Below, in pieces: positions 20,868-30,138 of a stretch of 64,000 bases of DNA. Within the stretch, counting starts at the first letter, position 1, and each line of letters begins with the position of its first letter. A program made the translations under genes and the position numbers. The notes beneath the pieces were generated by a model that worked only from the letters and a program-made list of their open reading frames with translations, was not told the origin of the DNA and ran no database searches. The stretch comes from Gammaproteobacteria bacterium (GTDB lineage Bacteria; Pseudomonadota; Gammaproteobacteria; UBA4575), in assembly GCA_965222615.1 (NCBI GenBank), contig CBDCUI010000009.1, positions 704,001 to 768,000 on the forward strand, in the 5' to 3' direction.

Positions 20868-20944
20868 TGGTAGCGGGGGCAGGATTTGAACCTGCGACCT
20901 TCGGGTTATGAGCCCGACGAGCTGCCAGACTGCTCCACCCCGCA
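20868..20944 (-). tRNA. metY: tRNA-fMet (CAT), initiator
   Basis: TGCGGGGTGGAGCAGTCTGGCAGCTCGTCGGGCTCATAACCCGAAGGTCGCAGGTTCAAATCCTGCCCCCGCTACCA; three G-C anticodon-stem pairs; unpaired 1:72. Confidence 0.97.
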
Positions 20945-21460
20945 TCAATCTGAGCCGAGGAAGTGTACGCAGATAGCCTTAATATTTCAAGAATGTGAAT
21001 GTATCTTAAATTAATACTGACTCGCGCTCTTCATACATCCTTATATTCATTCAACTATCAGTCGACAAAAGTTTATTAAAAATAGAATCTTGTCAAGCTC
21101 GTTATACTCAACCGTTAAGACAATTTAAGGAATCGCTTCGCGATACTTGATTTGCGAGTAATACCCACTCGCATGTGTCCCCGCATCAATCTGAGCCGAG
21201 GAAGTGTACGCAGATAACCCTAATATTTCAAGAATGTGAAAGCATCTTGAATGACAAGCATCCCCTTTAGATCTCTCAGTTTATATCCAAAAATCAACAG
21301 CCAAAGATTTATTAAAATAGAATCTGCTGAGTTCAATACACTCAACTATTAGGACAATTTAAAAAATTATTTTTATATACAGGAATCGCTTCGCGATCAT
21401 TAATTTGCGAGTAATACCCACTCGCAAGTGTCCCCGCATCAATCTGAGCCGAGGAAGTGT
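20938..21460 (-). repeat. Tandem direct repeat of 241 and 253 bp plus a 29-bp partial unit (tRNA promoter, leader and trailer)
   Basis: ccccgcatcaatctgagccgaggaagtgt recurs at 20938, 21179 and 21432. Confidence 0.88.
20962..20990 (-). promoter_or_regulatory. Sigma70 promoter of tRNA-fMet (duplicated at 21203-21231)
   Basis: TTGAAA-17bp-TACACT followed by a GC-rich discriminator. Confidence 0.75.
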
Positions 21461-21566
21461 CCGGTGTACCCGGACTAGCTCACTTCGATGTTCTACTTTA
21501 CATCTCTTGTTATCAACCACTACTATTTGTGGTGCACTTTAAATTTGAACTCACCTTCTGCAACAC

Positions 21567-22592
21567 TCATGGCAATTTGTGGGAAGAGAGAAACTCCCAG
21601 ATATCGTCGTTTGTCAGTTCGCGTGTGACGGCACCAATTCTCCGCGCCGGCTGATATTGGTAGCCATTGGGCCAGGTATGTCCGCCGCCATTAATAAGAT
21701 AGCCAACGAGTGGCGCCTTGCAGCCGTTCCACGTATACCGAGTCACATGGGTAGCGTCGTCGAACTGATTCTTTAGGTTTACCGCTGTTGGTTCATTGGC
21801 GCAACCATTGATATCTCGCCACACGTGCATGCTACGTTTTATACCAACATATCTACCTTCGAATAGTCGCTTTGCACCCGCACAAGTCGGTGCGCCGCCA
21901 CTGTAGGGCCAGGCACAGTCGGCCGTTCCATGTATCTGCAAAACTGGTACTGGTCGCTTTGGTCGACAGCCTTGAACCGTGCTTACTTGATTGCCGCCTT
22001 CCACTGCCGCAATCGCCGCGATTCGTTGTGGCAATTCACAGGCTAAGCGGTGAACCATGGCGGCACCGTTCGATATACCCGTTGCATAAACCCGCCGCAT
22101 GTCCAGTTGCTTACTAAGTTCCAATGCATCTAGCAAGACGTTAAAATATCGAATGTCATCGACGTTGTTTTTACACGCTGGCCCTGACGTGCAAATCCAC
22201 TGCTTACCTACATCACCGCCACCAGCGTTCCATGAGCGCATTTTTTTCATTAGCGGACGCGATGTGCCGCGAGGGAAAACAGCAACATAGCCATTGCGCA
22301 CCGCATGGTTCGTAATGCAGTCCTGATGCTTGAGGTCACCGTTCGGACAGGTCGTGCGAATGGCATTGGATGCATCCGCGCCGCCGCCATGCAGCACAAG
22401 TAGTACCGGCGCTGGAGTTTTTAGGTCGTCTGGAATGAAAACATCATAAGGCCTCTTTGGAAATCCCGGCAGTGCGACATGCTCGCGGAGGTGACCATTT
22501 TGAGAGCCAGCAGATACCGCGTACGTTACACCCACCACCACTAGAGCAATCACAATTGCGGCGGCTTGTGTTCCAGCTTGCCTCAAGTTCAT
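21567..22592 (-). CDS. Secreted alpha/beta hydrolase, LpqC/PHB-depolymerase-like esterase
   Basis: Signal peptide; LHGGG, GISNG nucleophile, HGTAD, GGGHTWP; GC-richer than flanks. Confidence 0.85.
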   Translation of the reverse strand: MNLRQAGTQAAAIVIALVVVGVTYAVSAGSQNGHLREHVALPGFPKRPYDVFIPDDLKTPAPVLLVLHGGGADASNAIRTTCPNGDLKHQDCITNHAVRNGYVAVFPRGTSRPLMKKMRSWNAGGGDVGKQWICTSGPACKNNVDDIRYFNVLLDALELSKQLDMRRVYATGISNGAAMVHRLACELPQRIAAIAAVEGGNQVSTVQGCRPKRPVPVLQIHGTADCAWPYSGGAPTCAGAKRLFEGRYVGIKRSMHVWRDINGCANEPTAVNLKNQFDDATHVTRYTWNGCKAPLVGYLINGGGHTWPNGYQYQPARRIGAVTRELTNDDIWEFLSSHKLP

Positions 22593-22686
22593 GTCGTTTC
22601 CCCCTAGTAGCCCTCAGTAATCCGACAGAATACCAGAGAGTTGTTTAATTGCTATTTGTTAACTCTTCTTTTTTTAATTCACTTGA

Positions 22687-24123
22687 TCAAGTTACTACTT
22701 GAATGCAGTAATTTAACAATGCATTAGGGAAAATAAATAAGGCAACGATTAGTAAACCATTAATGGATAGCACTGTTTGCGCAAGTATAGGTTTTTGTTG
22801 GTTAAGTAGCAGGCCAGTTTCATCGAAATACATATATTTAACTACGCGTAAATAATAATACGCACCTATGATAGACATGACGATTGCAAGAATTGCCAAC
22901 CAAAGCATGTCATTGCCGATTAAGCTTTGTAACACATACAGTTTTGCATAAAACCCAACGGTAAGCGGAACACCTGCCATCGAAAACATAAGAAGCAACA
23001 TAATTAACGCAATCCAAGGATGAGTTTTGCTTAGCCCCTTGAGGTCTACAAGATTCTCTACTTCATTGTCTTGATTACTAAGTATTGTTAACACACCGAA
23101 TGCACCAGCTGCCATTAAAACGTAAATGACTGTATAAAAAAGTGCTGCTGCATAACCAACTTCATCACCGGATAAAAACCCAAGCAGCACGAAGCCAATG
23201 TGCGAAATGGTTGAATAGGCCAACATGCGTTTAATATTGCTTTGTGCAATGGCAATGATATTTCCAAATATTAAAGACAAAGCCGCTAATATCATAAGCA
23301 TGCCTTGCCAATCATCAAGCAACTCTAGTAAACCATCATTTAATAAACGAAATGCCATCACAAACGCTGCCAGCTTAGGCGCGGATGCAATAAACAGTGT
23401 AATCGCGGTGGGTGCCCCTTGATATACATCTGGAACCCACATATGAAAAGGAATTGCGCCAAACTTAAAGGCGATGCCAACTACCACAAATGTCAGCGCA
23501 AATACTAAAGCGATACTAAACTCTTTTTGACCTCCCAGATATAAATTCAACCCAGCTAAATCTAGTGTTCCAGATACTCCATACAATATGGATATTCCAT
23601 ATAAAAGCATTCCTGAAGCAATCGCTCCCAGTACAAAATATTTGATGGCCGCTTCCGATGTGTCATTAGAATCGCGTACATAAGCAACCAAGGCGTATAA
23701 ACATAATGATAAGAGTTCTAAACCTAAATAGATCAGGATAAAGTTATGCGCAGACGCCATAACTAACATTCCAAGCGTGGCAAAAAGACCTAGAATATAA
23801 AATTCAGCTTTGGCGTGACCACGTTGAATTAAATATGGGCGCGCGTAGATAAAAACCACAGCAACCGCTACACAAACAAATAGTTTAATTGCCCTTGCAA
23901 GTTCATCATTAATATACAAACCCTCAAAGGCAAACGATTCAGAGTGTTGTGGCGCTAAATAGATGGTGATAAATGTAATCAGCAAGGCAACTAAACTTAA
24001 CCAATATGCCATAACCTCGCTTGCCCGCCCTGCAAAGAGACTAAAGAGCAGTACCAACGTCGTAGCCGCTAACAACACAACCTCTGGCATTGCTATGATT
24101 AGATCTGTATTTAGATTTTCCAT
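22687..24123 (-). CDS. nuoN: NADH-quinone oxidoreductase subunit N
   Basis: EAAIKYFVLGA, FKFGAIPFHMWVPDVYQGAP. Confidence 0.97.
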   Translation of the reverse strand: MENLNTDLIIAMPEVVLLAATTLVLLFSLFAGRASEVMAYWLSLVALLITFITIYLAPQHSESFAFEGLYINDELARAIKLFVCVAVAVVFIYARPYLIQRGHAKAEFYILGLFATLGMLVMASAHNFILIYLGLELLSLCLYALVAYVRDSNDTSEAAIKYFVLGAIASGMLLYGISILYGVSGTLDLAGLNLYLGGQKEFSIALVFALTFVVVGIAFKFGAIPFHMWVPDVYQGAPTAITLFIASAPKLAAFVMAFRLLNDGLLELLDDWQGMLMILAALSLIFGNIIAIAQSNIKRMLAYSTISHIGFVLLGFLSGDEVGYAAALFYTVIYVLMAAGAFGVLTILSNQDNEVENLVDLKGLSKTHPWIALIMLLLMFSMAGVPLTVGFYAKLYVLQSLIGNDMLWLAILAIVMSIIGAYYYLRVVKYMYFDETGLLLNQQKPILAQTVLSINGLLIVALFIFPNALLNYCIQVVT

Positions 24124-24128
24124 ATTCG

Positions 24129-25640
24129 TTATCTAATATTGGTCAGCTGCGCCTGTTGCAACAGATGTGTAACTGATGCATCCATCATTTCAATCAAAGG
24201 AGCCGGCCAAAGCCCAAGCCATAACACAAGAACAGTTAACACAAATAAGCAAATGAATTCTCTATGATTGAGATCATTTAATTCTGCGACCTGTTCGTTA
24301 CGTACTTCTCCAAATACAACACGTTTTATCATCCAAAGCGTGTATGCCGCACCAAGAATTAGTGTTAAGCCTGCAAGAAATGCATACCAAATATTTGCAT
24401 TAAAGCTCGCTAAGATCACCATAAATTCTCCGACAAAACCGGAAGTACCCGGTAAACCTGCATTGGCCATGGCAAAAATTACAAAAAACGTTGCAAATTT
24501 AGGCATGCTATTCACGACACCACCATAGTCTGCAATTTGTCGACTGTGCATACGGTCATAGAGCACGCCAACGCATAAAAACATTGCGCCCGAAATAAAT
24601 CCATGTGAAATCATTTGTACCATTCCGCCTTGCATCGCTAATGCAGCATGGGCATGACTTTTAGAGAACAAAGAAAAAATTACAAAGAAGCCAAGTGTGA
24701 CAAAACCCATGTGGGCAATGGAAGAATAGGCAATCAGTTTTTTCATATCACGTTGTGCCAAGGCCACAAACCCGATATAAACCACTGCGATCAGCGACAT
24801 GGCAATAATTAAATAAGCAAGCTGATCACTGGCGTAAGGAGTGATCGGAATGCTAAAGCGCAAAAAACCATAGCCGCCTACTTTCAACATGATCGCTGCT
24901 AACACAACCGATCCACCCGTGGGTGCTTCTACATGGGCGTCGGGCAACCAGGTGTGTACCGGCCACATTGGAATTTTTACTGCAAATGCAATCAGAAAAG
25001 CCAAAAAGATAAGTATTTGTTCATTAGCTTCTAAGGTGAATTTTTGTAGTTGCGCAATCTCAAAAGTCCCGGCATTCAAATATAGATAAATCAATGCAAT
25101 CAATAAAAAAACCGAGCCAAAAAAAGTGTATAAAAAGAACTTGATGGTTGCATAGACTTTTCTAGGTCCACCCCAAATCCCAATAATTAAGAACATGGGG
25201 ATTAACATGCCTTCAAAGAACACATAAAAAAGAATGGCATCCAGCGCACAAAACACGCCTATCATCAAGCCTTCTAGAATTAAAAACGAGGCAAAATATT
25301 CTGCAATACGCTCTTGCGATACTTCCCATCCAGCAATAATTACCAGGACTGTGATGATGGTTGTTAATAGAATTAACGGTACCGATATGCCATCTACACC
25401 GAGTGAATAAAAAATATCAAAAGCCTGAATCCAAGGGAAATGTTCCTTAAACTGCATTGCATAGCTACTACTATCAAAACCATTGGCTAAGGCAATGCTT
25501 ACCAAGAAGGTAACTACAGCAATTATTAATGACAGCCAACGCACTGTATTTACCGAGACTTTTTTAGCAAGCAGCACTAACACGCCGCCCAAAATGGGCA
25601 GCCATATCAAAACACTAAGTATCGGTAATGAAGCAAACAT
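24129..25640 (-). CDS. nuoM: NADH-quinone oxidoreductase subunit M
   Basis: KIPMWPVHTWLPDAHVEAPTGGS. Confidence 0.97.
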   Translation of the reverse strand: MFASLPILSVLIWLPILGGVLVLLAKKVSVNTVRWLSLIIAVVTFLVSIALANGFDSSSYAMQFKEHFPWIQAFDIFYSLGVDGISVPLILLTTIITVLVIIAGWEVSQERIAEYFASFLILEGLMIGVFCALDAILFYVFFEGMLIPMFLIIGIWGGPRKVYATIKFFLYTFFGSVFLLIALIYLYLNAGTFEIAQLQKFTLEANEQILIFLAFLIAFAVKIPMWPVHTWLPDAHVEAPTGGSVVLAAIMLKVGGYGFLRFSIPITPYASDQLAYLIIAMSLIAVVYIGFVALAQRDMKKLIAYSSIAHMGFVTLGFFVIFSLFSKSHAHAALAMQGGMVQMISHGFISGAMFLCVGVLYDRMHSRQIADYGGVVNSMPKFATFFVIFAMANAGLPGTSGFVGEFMVILASFNANIWYAFLAGLTLILGAAYTLWMIKRVVFGEVRNEQVAELNDLNHREFICLFVLTVLVLWLGLWPAPLIEMMDASVTHLLQQAQLTNIR

Positions 25641-25648
25641 TATTGTTT

Positions 25649-27595
25649 TTATAAAAATAATTTAGTAAGCAAGAACAGCAATCCTATAATCATTGCAAAC
25701 GCATAATGGTATAAGTAGCCGGTTTGTATTTTGCGTACCTGTCCTGAAAACCAATTGATAATTTTGGCCGAACCGTTTACGACCAAACCATCAATCAACA
25801 AACGATCTCCAAACGAATCACAAAACGAGCCCATCTTTTTCACGCCACCTGCAAATAAAAATTGATAGAGCTCATCAATTCCATATTTATTCAATAAAAT
25901 TTTATAAATGAAATTGAATTTTTGTTTTAATTGCTCGGCAAGTTGTGGTTGTTTGATATAAATCCACCACGCACAAATAATTCCGGCAAAAGCAAGCCAC
26001 ACTGCATAGCCTTGAAAACCATGCGTAATAAACGACCAGACGCCATGGTAATGCTCTTTCATTTCTGCAATCGCACGATGATCATCGGCTACAAAAATAC
26101 TATTGGCAAAATAGTCGCCAAAAACAAATTGGCCAATAAATAACCCGGCAACGATTGAAGGGATAGCTAATAAAATAAGTGGTACGGTAATGACCTTAGG
26201 TGATTCTTTTACATGCTCTAATGTATGAGCATCCATTCTGGTTTCACCGTGAAAGGTCAAAAACAATAATCGAAATGAATAAAATGCCGTAACGAAAACT
26301 CCAATAAGTACGAGTACATAGGCAAACTGGGCACCTGGCAGATGGGAATGATGTACTGCTTCTATGATGGCATCTTTAGAGAAAAATCCTGAGAACCCTG
26401 GAAATCCGATTAATGCAAGTGTGCCAATAAATGCAGTCCAATAGGTGATCGGCATGTATTTTCGTAATCCACCCATGTTGCGCATGTCTTGTTCATGATG
26501 TAGCGCGACAATTACCGAACCTGCGGCGAGAAATAACAGTGCCTTAAAGAAGGCATGTGTAAATAGATGAAAGATTGCAATGGAATATGCCGAAGCACCT
26601 AAGGCAACCGTCATATAACCCAGTTGTGACAAGGTAGAATATGCCACTACTCTTTTTATATCGTTCTGCACAATGCCCACTAGGCCCATAAAGAACGCAG
26701 TCAATGCACCAATCACTAAAATTACAGAAAGCGCCGTTTCACTGAATTCAAACAAAGGCGACATTCTTGCCACCATAAAGATACCTGCCGTCACCATGGT
26801 TGCCGCATGAATGAGTGCAGAGATTGGTGTTGGACCTTCCATCGAATCCGGTAACCAGACATGTAATGGGACTTGTGCAGACTTGCCCATTGCGCCTACA
26901 AACAGACATAAACAAATTACCGTGATCACGGGCCAATGAATATTTTCTGAAATGGAGAAGGTCTGATCGGTAACCGTAGGTGCTTGCGCGAATACAGTTT
27001 GATAATCCAAGCTATTAAATACCGCTAAAATCGCCGCGATCCCTAAAAGAAACCCAAAATCCCCAACCCGGTTAACTAAAAATGCCTTTAAATTTGCAAA
27101 TATGGCAGATTCTCTTGTATACCAAAATCCAATCAATAAATAAGAAACTAGACCAACGGCCTCCCAACCAAAAAATAACTGCAGGAAGTTGTTTGCCATG
27201 ACTAACATCAACATGGAAAACGTAAATAAAGAAATGTAACTGAAGAAACGTTGGTAGCCCGGATCATCATGCATATAACCGATGGTGTAGATATGTACCA
27301 TTAATGACACAAAGGTCACGACCAGCATCATCGTTACCGTTAGGGGATCAATTAAAAATCCGATCTCGAAATCAAGACCGTTTAGACTGAACCAGTTATA
27401 AACATCGATTATGGTTTGTGGTTTATTCTCAAAAATTACTTGCTTGAAAACTACTAGACTTAAAACAAAAGAAATAAATACACCTAAAATTGTAACGCTG
27501 TGTGCACCAACGCGACCGATCTTGCGACCAAACAACCCCGCAATTAGCGAGCCGAGTAATGGCGCAAGTACAATTATTAAGCACAGAAGTTTCAT
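25649..27595 (-). CDS. nuoL: NADH-quinone oxidoreductase subunit L
   Basis: KSAQVPLHVWLPDSMEGPTPISALIHAATMV. Confidence 0.98.
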   Translation of the reverse strand: MKLLCLIIVLAPLLGSLIAGLFGRKIGRVGAHSVTILGVFISFVLSLVVFKQVIFENKPQTIIDVYNWFSLNGLDFEIGFLIDPLTVTMMLVVTFVSLMVHIYTIGYMHDDPGYQRFFSYISLFTFSMLMLVMANNFLQLFFGWEAVGLVSYLLIGFWYTRESAIFANLKAFLVNRVGDFGFLLGIAAILAVFNSLDYQTVFAQAPTVTDQTFSISENIHWPVITVICLCLFVGAMGKSAQVPLHVWLPDSMEGPTPISALIHAATMVTAGIFMVARMSPLFEFSETALSVILVIGALTAFFMGLVGIVQNDIKRVVAYSTLSQLGYMTVALGASAYSIAIFHLFTHAFFKALLFLAAGSVIVALHHEQDMRNMGGLRKYMPITYWTAFIGTLALIGFPGFSGFFSKDAIIEAVHHSHLPGAQFAYVLVLIGVFVTAFYSFRLLFLTFHGETRMDAHTLEHVKESPKVITVPLILLAIPSIVAGLFIGQFVFGDYFANSIFVADDHRAIAEMKEHYHGVWSFITHGFQGYAVWLAFAGIICAWWIYIKQPQLAEQLKQKFNFIYKILLNKYGIDELYQFLFAGGVKKMGSFCDSFGDRLLIDGLVVNGSAKIINWFSGQVRKIQTGYLYHYAFAMIIGLLFLLTKLFL

Positions 27596-27605
27596 CGGAG
27601 TTTAT

Positions 27606-27911
27606 TTAGCCTTTTAAATTCTCAAGATCTTGAACATTTATGGTTATTCTATTTCTGTACAACACAACTAAGATCGCTAAACCAATGGCTGCCTCTGCAG
27701 CCGCAACCGTAAGAATAAAAAATACAAACACCTGTCCAGATAAATCATTTAAATAATGGGAAAAGGCAATAAAGTTCATGTTTACTGCTAGTAACATTAA
27801 CTCTATGGCCATTAACAGTAGAATCACATTCTTTCTATTTAAAAATATGCCCGCAATACTAATAGAAAACAGAATTGCGCCCAGCACAAGAAAGTGAGTT
27901 AAACTAATCAT
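27606..27911 (-). CDS. nuoK: NADH-quinone oxidoreductase subunit K
   Basis: [19 protein letters not shown]. Confidence 0.97.
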   Translation of the reverse strand: MISLTHFLVLGAILFSISIAGIFLNRKNVILLLMAIELMLLAVNMNFIAFSHYLNDLSGQVFVFFILTVAAAEAAIGLAILVVLYRNRITINVQDLENLKG

Positions 27912-27966
27912 TGTTATAGTTTTAAAAAAGTTTCCCTATTTAATTACAAGCTTTGTTACAAAATTA

Positions 27967-28554
27967 TTATTCTTTTTCTATTGAGACCAAACGTATACGA
28001 TCCTCTCTATTAACGTTAATTTGTTTTGATGGGATCTGATGTTTTTTATACGCTCGCTTGCGCATGGTTAACGTAATCGCTGCAATAATCGCTACTAATA
28101 AAATTACGCCCGCAATTTCAAATGGATATACGTACTGGGTATACAAAAGCTCACCTAACTCTTGGGTATTATCGTAATTTGCTGGTTTGGGAGGTGGTTT
28201 TTGCAAATCAAAGGCTGGACTATTAAGTACAACAAACATCTCTACCACCATAACTGCGCCAACCAATATGCCCAGTGGTAAATATTTAGCAAAACCTGCA
28301 CGCACCTTTGCAATATTGATATCAAGCATCATCACCACAAACAAAAACAAGACCATTACCGCGCCGACATACACTAACACTAAAGCAATGCCTAAAAATT
28401 CTGCTTCAAGTAACAACCATAGTGCGGCACTAGTAAAAAATGCCAAAACTAAAAATAATGCTGCATGTACAGGATTGCGCACTGTAATCATTGCCAGTGC
28501 CGAAAGAACTAACACTGCGGCAAAGAAATAAAAAACTGCGCTTTGAATTATCAT
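27967..28554 (-). CDS. nuoJ: NADH-quinone oxidoreductase subunit J
   Basis: RNPVHAALFL, VYVGAVMVLFLFVVMML. Confidence 0.97.
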   Translation of the reverse strand: MIIQSAVFYFFAAVLVLSALAMITVRNPVHAALFLVLAFFTSAALWLLLEAEFLGIALVLVYVGAVMVLFLFVVMMLDINIAKVRAGFAKYLPLGILVGAVMVVEMFVVLNSPAFDLQKPPPKPANYDNTQELGELLYTQYVYPFEIAGVILLVAIIAAITLTMRKRAYKKHQIPSKQINVNREDRIRLVSIEKE

Positions 28555-28570
28555 TTGTTTTTATTTTTAC

Positions 28571-29059
28571 TTATCTATAGGCAGAATCGGTTTCACGATC
28601 CGCCGCTATTTGCTCTTCATGCTGTCTTCCTACATCAAGCAACATATCTTTCGTCATAATCTGCGTGCCACGTTCAAAGAATGAGTACTCAAAAATGCGT
28701 GTTTCCACAATGGCGTCGACTGGACATGCCTCTTCACAAAACCCGCAGTAGACGCACTTAAATAGATCAATATCATAGCGTGTGGTACGTCGACTTCCGT
28801 CTTCGCGTTCTTCAGTATCAATGGTGATCGCAAGTGCGGGACATACTGCTTCACATAACTTGCAACCAATACAACGTTCTTCTCCACTTGAATAACGACG
28901 CAGGGCGTGCAAACCTCGAAATCTTGGCGATTGCGGAGTTTTTTCTTCTGGATAACGAATCGTAGACTTCTTTGTTCCAAAACGTTTCCCCGTCAAACTC
29001 ATACCCTTAAGTAATTCAGATAAGGTAAAGCTACGAAAATAATGTTTAAAGGTATTCAT
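28571..29059 (-). CDS. nuoI: NADH-quinone oxidoreductase subunit I
   Basis: [12 protein letters not shown] and [12 protein letters not shown]. Confidence 0.98.
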   Translation of the reverse strand: MNTFKHYFRSFTLSELLKGMSLTGKRFGTKKSTIRYPEEKTPQSPRFRGLHALRRYSSGEERCIGCKLCEAVCPALAITIDTEEREDGSRRTTRYDIDLFKCVYCGFCEEACPVDAIVETRIFEYSFFERGTQIMTKDMLLDVGRQHEEQIAADRETDSAYR

Positions 29060-29067
29060 ACTTAATA

Positions 29068-30138
29068 CTAATCAAACCATGGGGAAATTTTAAAATACAG
29101 CAGCACACCTTCGACAAATATCCAAATTAATGTCAGTGGCAATAACACTTTCCAACCCAAGCGCATGATTTGATCATAACGATAACGTGGAAAGGTTGCA
29201 CGAAACCATAAAAAGCAAAATATAAAAAAGCAGGTCTTGGCAATAAACCAATGTGGACCAGAAGATAATACCGAGCCTATAAATGGCAAATGAAACCAAT
29301 GTGCTGGGAAGAAAGGTATTCCTTCTAAAGGACTTAACCAACCGCCTAAAAACAGTAACGCCGTCAGTGCAGAAATTAAAATTATATTGGCGTATTCTGC
29401 CAAGAAAAATATCGCAAAGCCCATGCCGGAATATTCAACATGAAATCCAGCGACGATTTCGGACTCTCCTTCAACTACATCAAATGGTGCACGATTGGTT
29501 TCAGCTACTCCGGCAATTAAATAAGTCAGAAATAACGGTAACAACGGCAACCAATACCAATGCAAAACACTCCCCTGCTGTGCCCTGACAATATCTCCAA
29601 GATTAAGGCTACCACTCGCCATCAGTACACCGACTAAGGCAAATCCCATGGCAATTTCATAGGCCACAATTTGTGCAGCCGAACGTAACGCGCCTAATAG
29701 TGCATACTTTGAATTCGAGGCCCAACCCGCAACAATGACGCCATATACCCCTAGTGATGTCATTGCCAAGATATATAACAAACCTGCATTAATATCGGCA
29801 AAATTCCAACCATCTGCAAATGGAATCACAGCCCATGCCGCTAATGCGGGGATCATGGACAACAATGGCGCAATTCGAAATAAAAAACGATCTGCATCGG
29901 TTGGCAAGATCATTTCTTTAAACATCAGTTTTAATGCATCGGCAATCGGTTGACCAAATCCCTTTGGACCAACTCGATTTGGGCCCAAGCGCACTTGCAT
30001 GAAGCCAATGACCTTACGCTCTGCTAAGGTGACATAGGCAACACAACCAAACAACACCAGAATAAACATAAACATATAAATAGTAGTCAGCACTACTGGA
30101 GGAATTGCCGCGATAATGTTCATTATCCAATCAAGCAT
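29068..30138 (-). CDS. nuoH: NADH-quinone oxidoreductase subunit H
   Basis: [26 protein letters not shown]; start MLDW overlaps the nuoG stop. Confidence 0.97.
   Translation of the reverse strand: MLDWIMNIIAAIPPVVLTTIYMFMFILVLFGCVAYVTLAERKVIGFMQVRLGPNRVGPKGFGQPIADALKLMFKEMILPTDADRFLFRIAPLLSMIPALAAWAVIPFADGWNFADINAGLLYILAMTSLGVYGVIVAGWASNSKYALLGALRSAAQIVAYEIAMGFALVGVLMASGSLNLGDIVRAQQGSVLHWYWLPLLPLFLTYLIAGVAETNRAPFDVVEGESEIVAGFHVEYSGMGFAIFFLAEYANIILISALTALLFLGGWLSPLEGIPFFPAHWFHLPFIGSVLSSGPHWFIAKTCFFIFCFLWFRATFPRYRYDQIMRLGWKVLLPLTLIWIFVEGVLLYFKISPWFD

Noticed and set aside
20938-21460. CRISPR array interpretation of this repeat and the one at 37.3-37.7 kb
   Set aside because: Units are 150-250 bp and similar along their length, with no unique spacers and no cas genes
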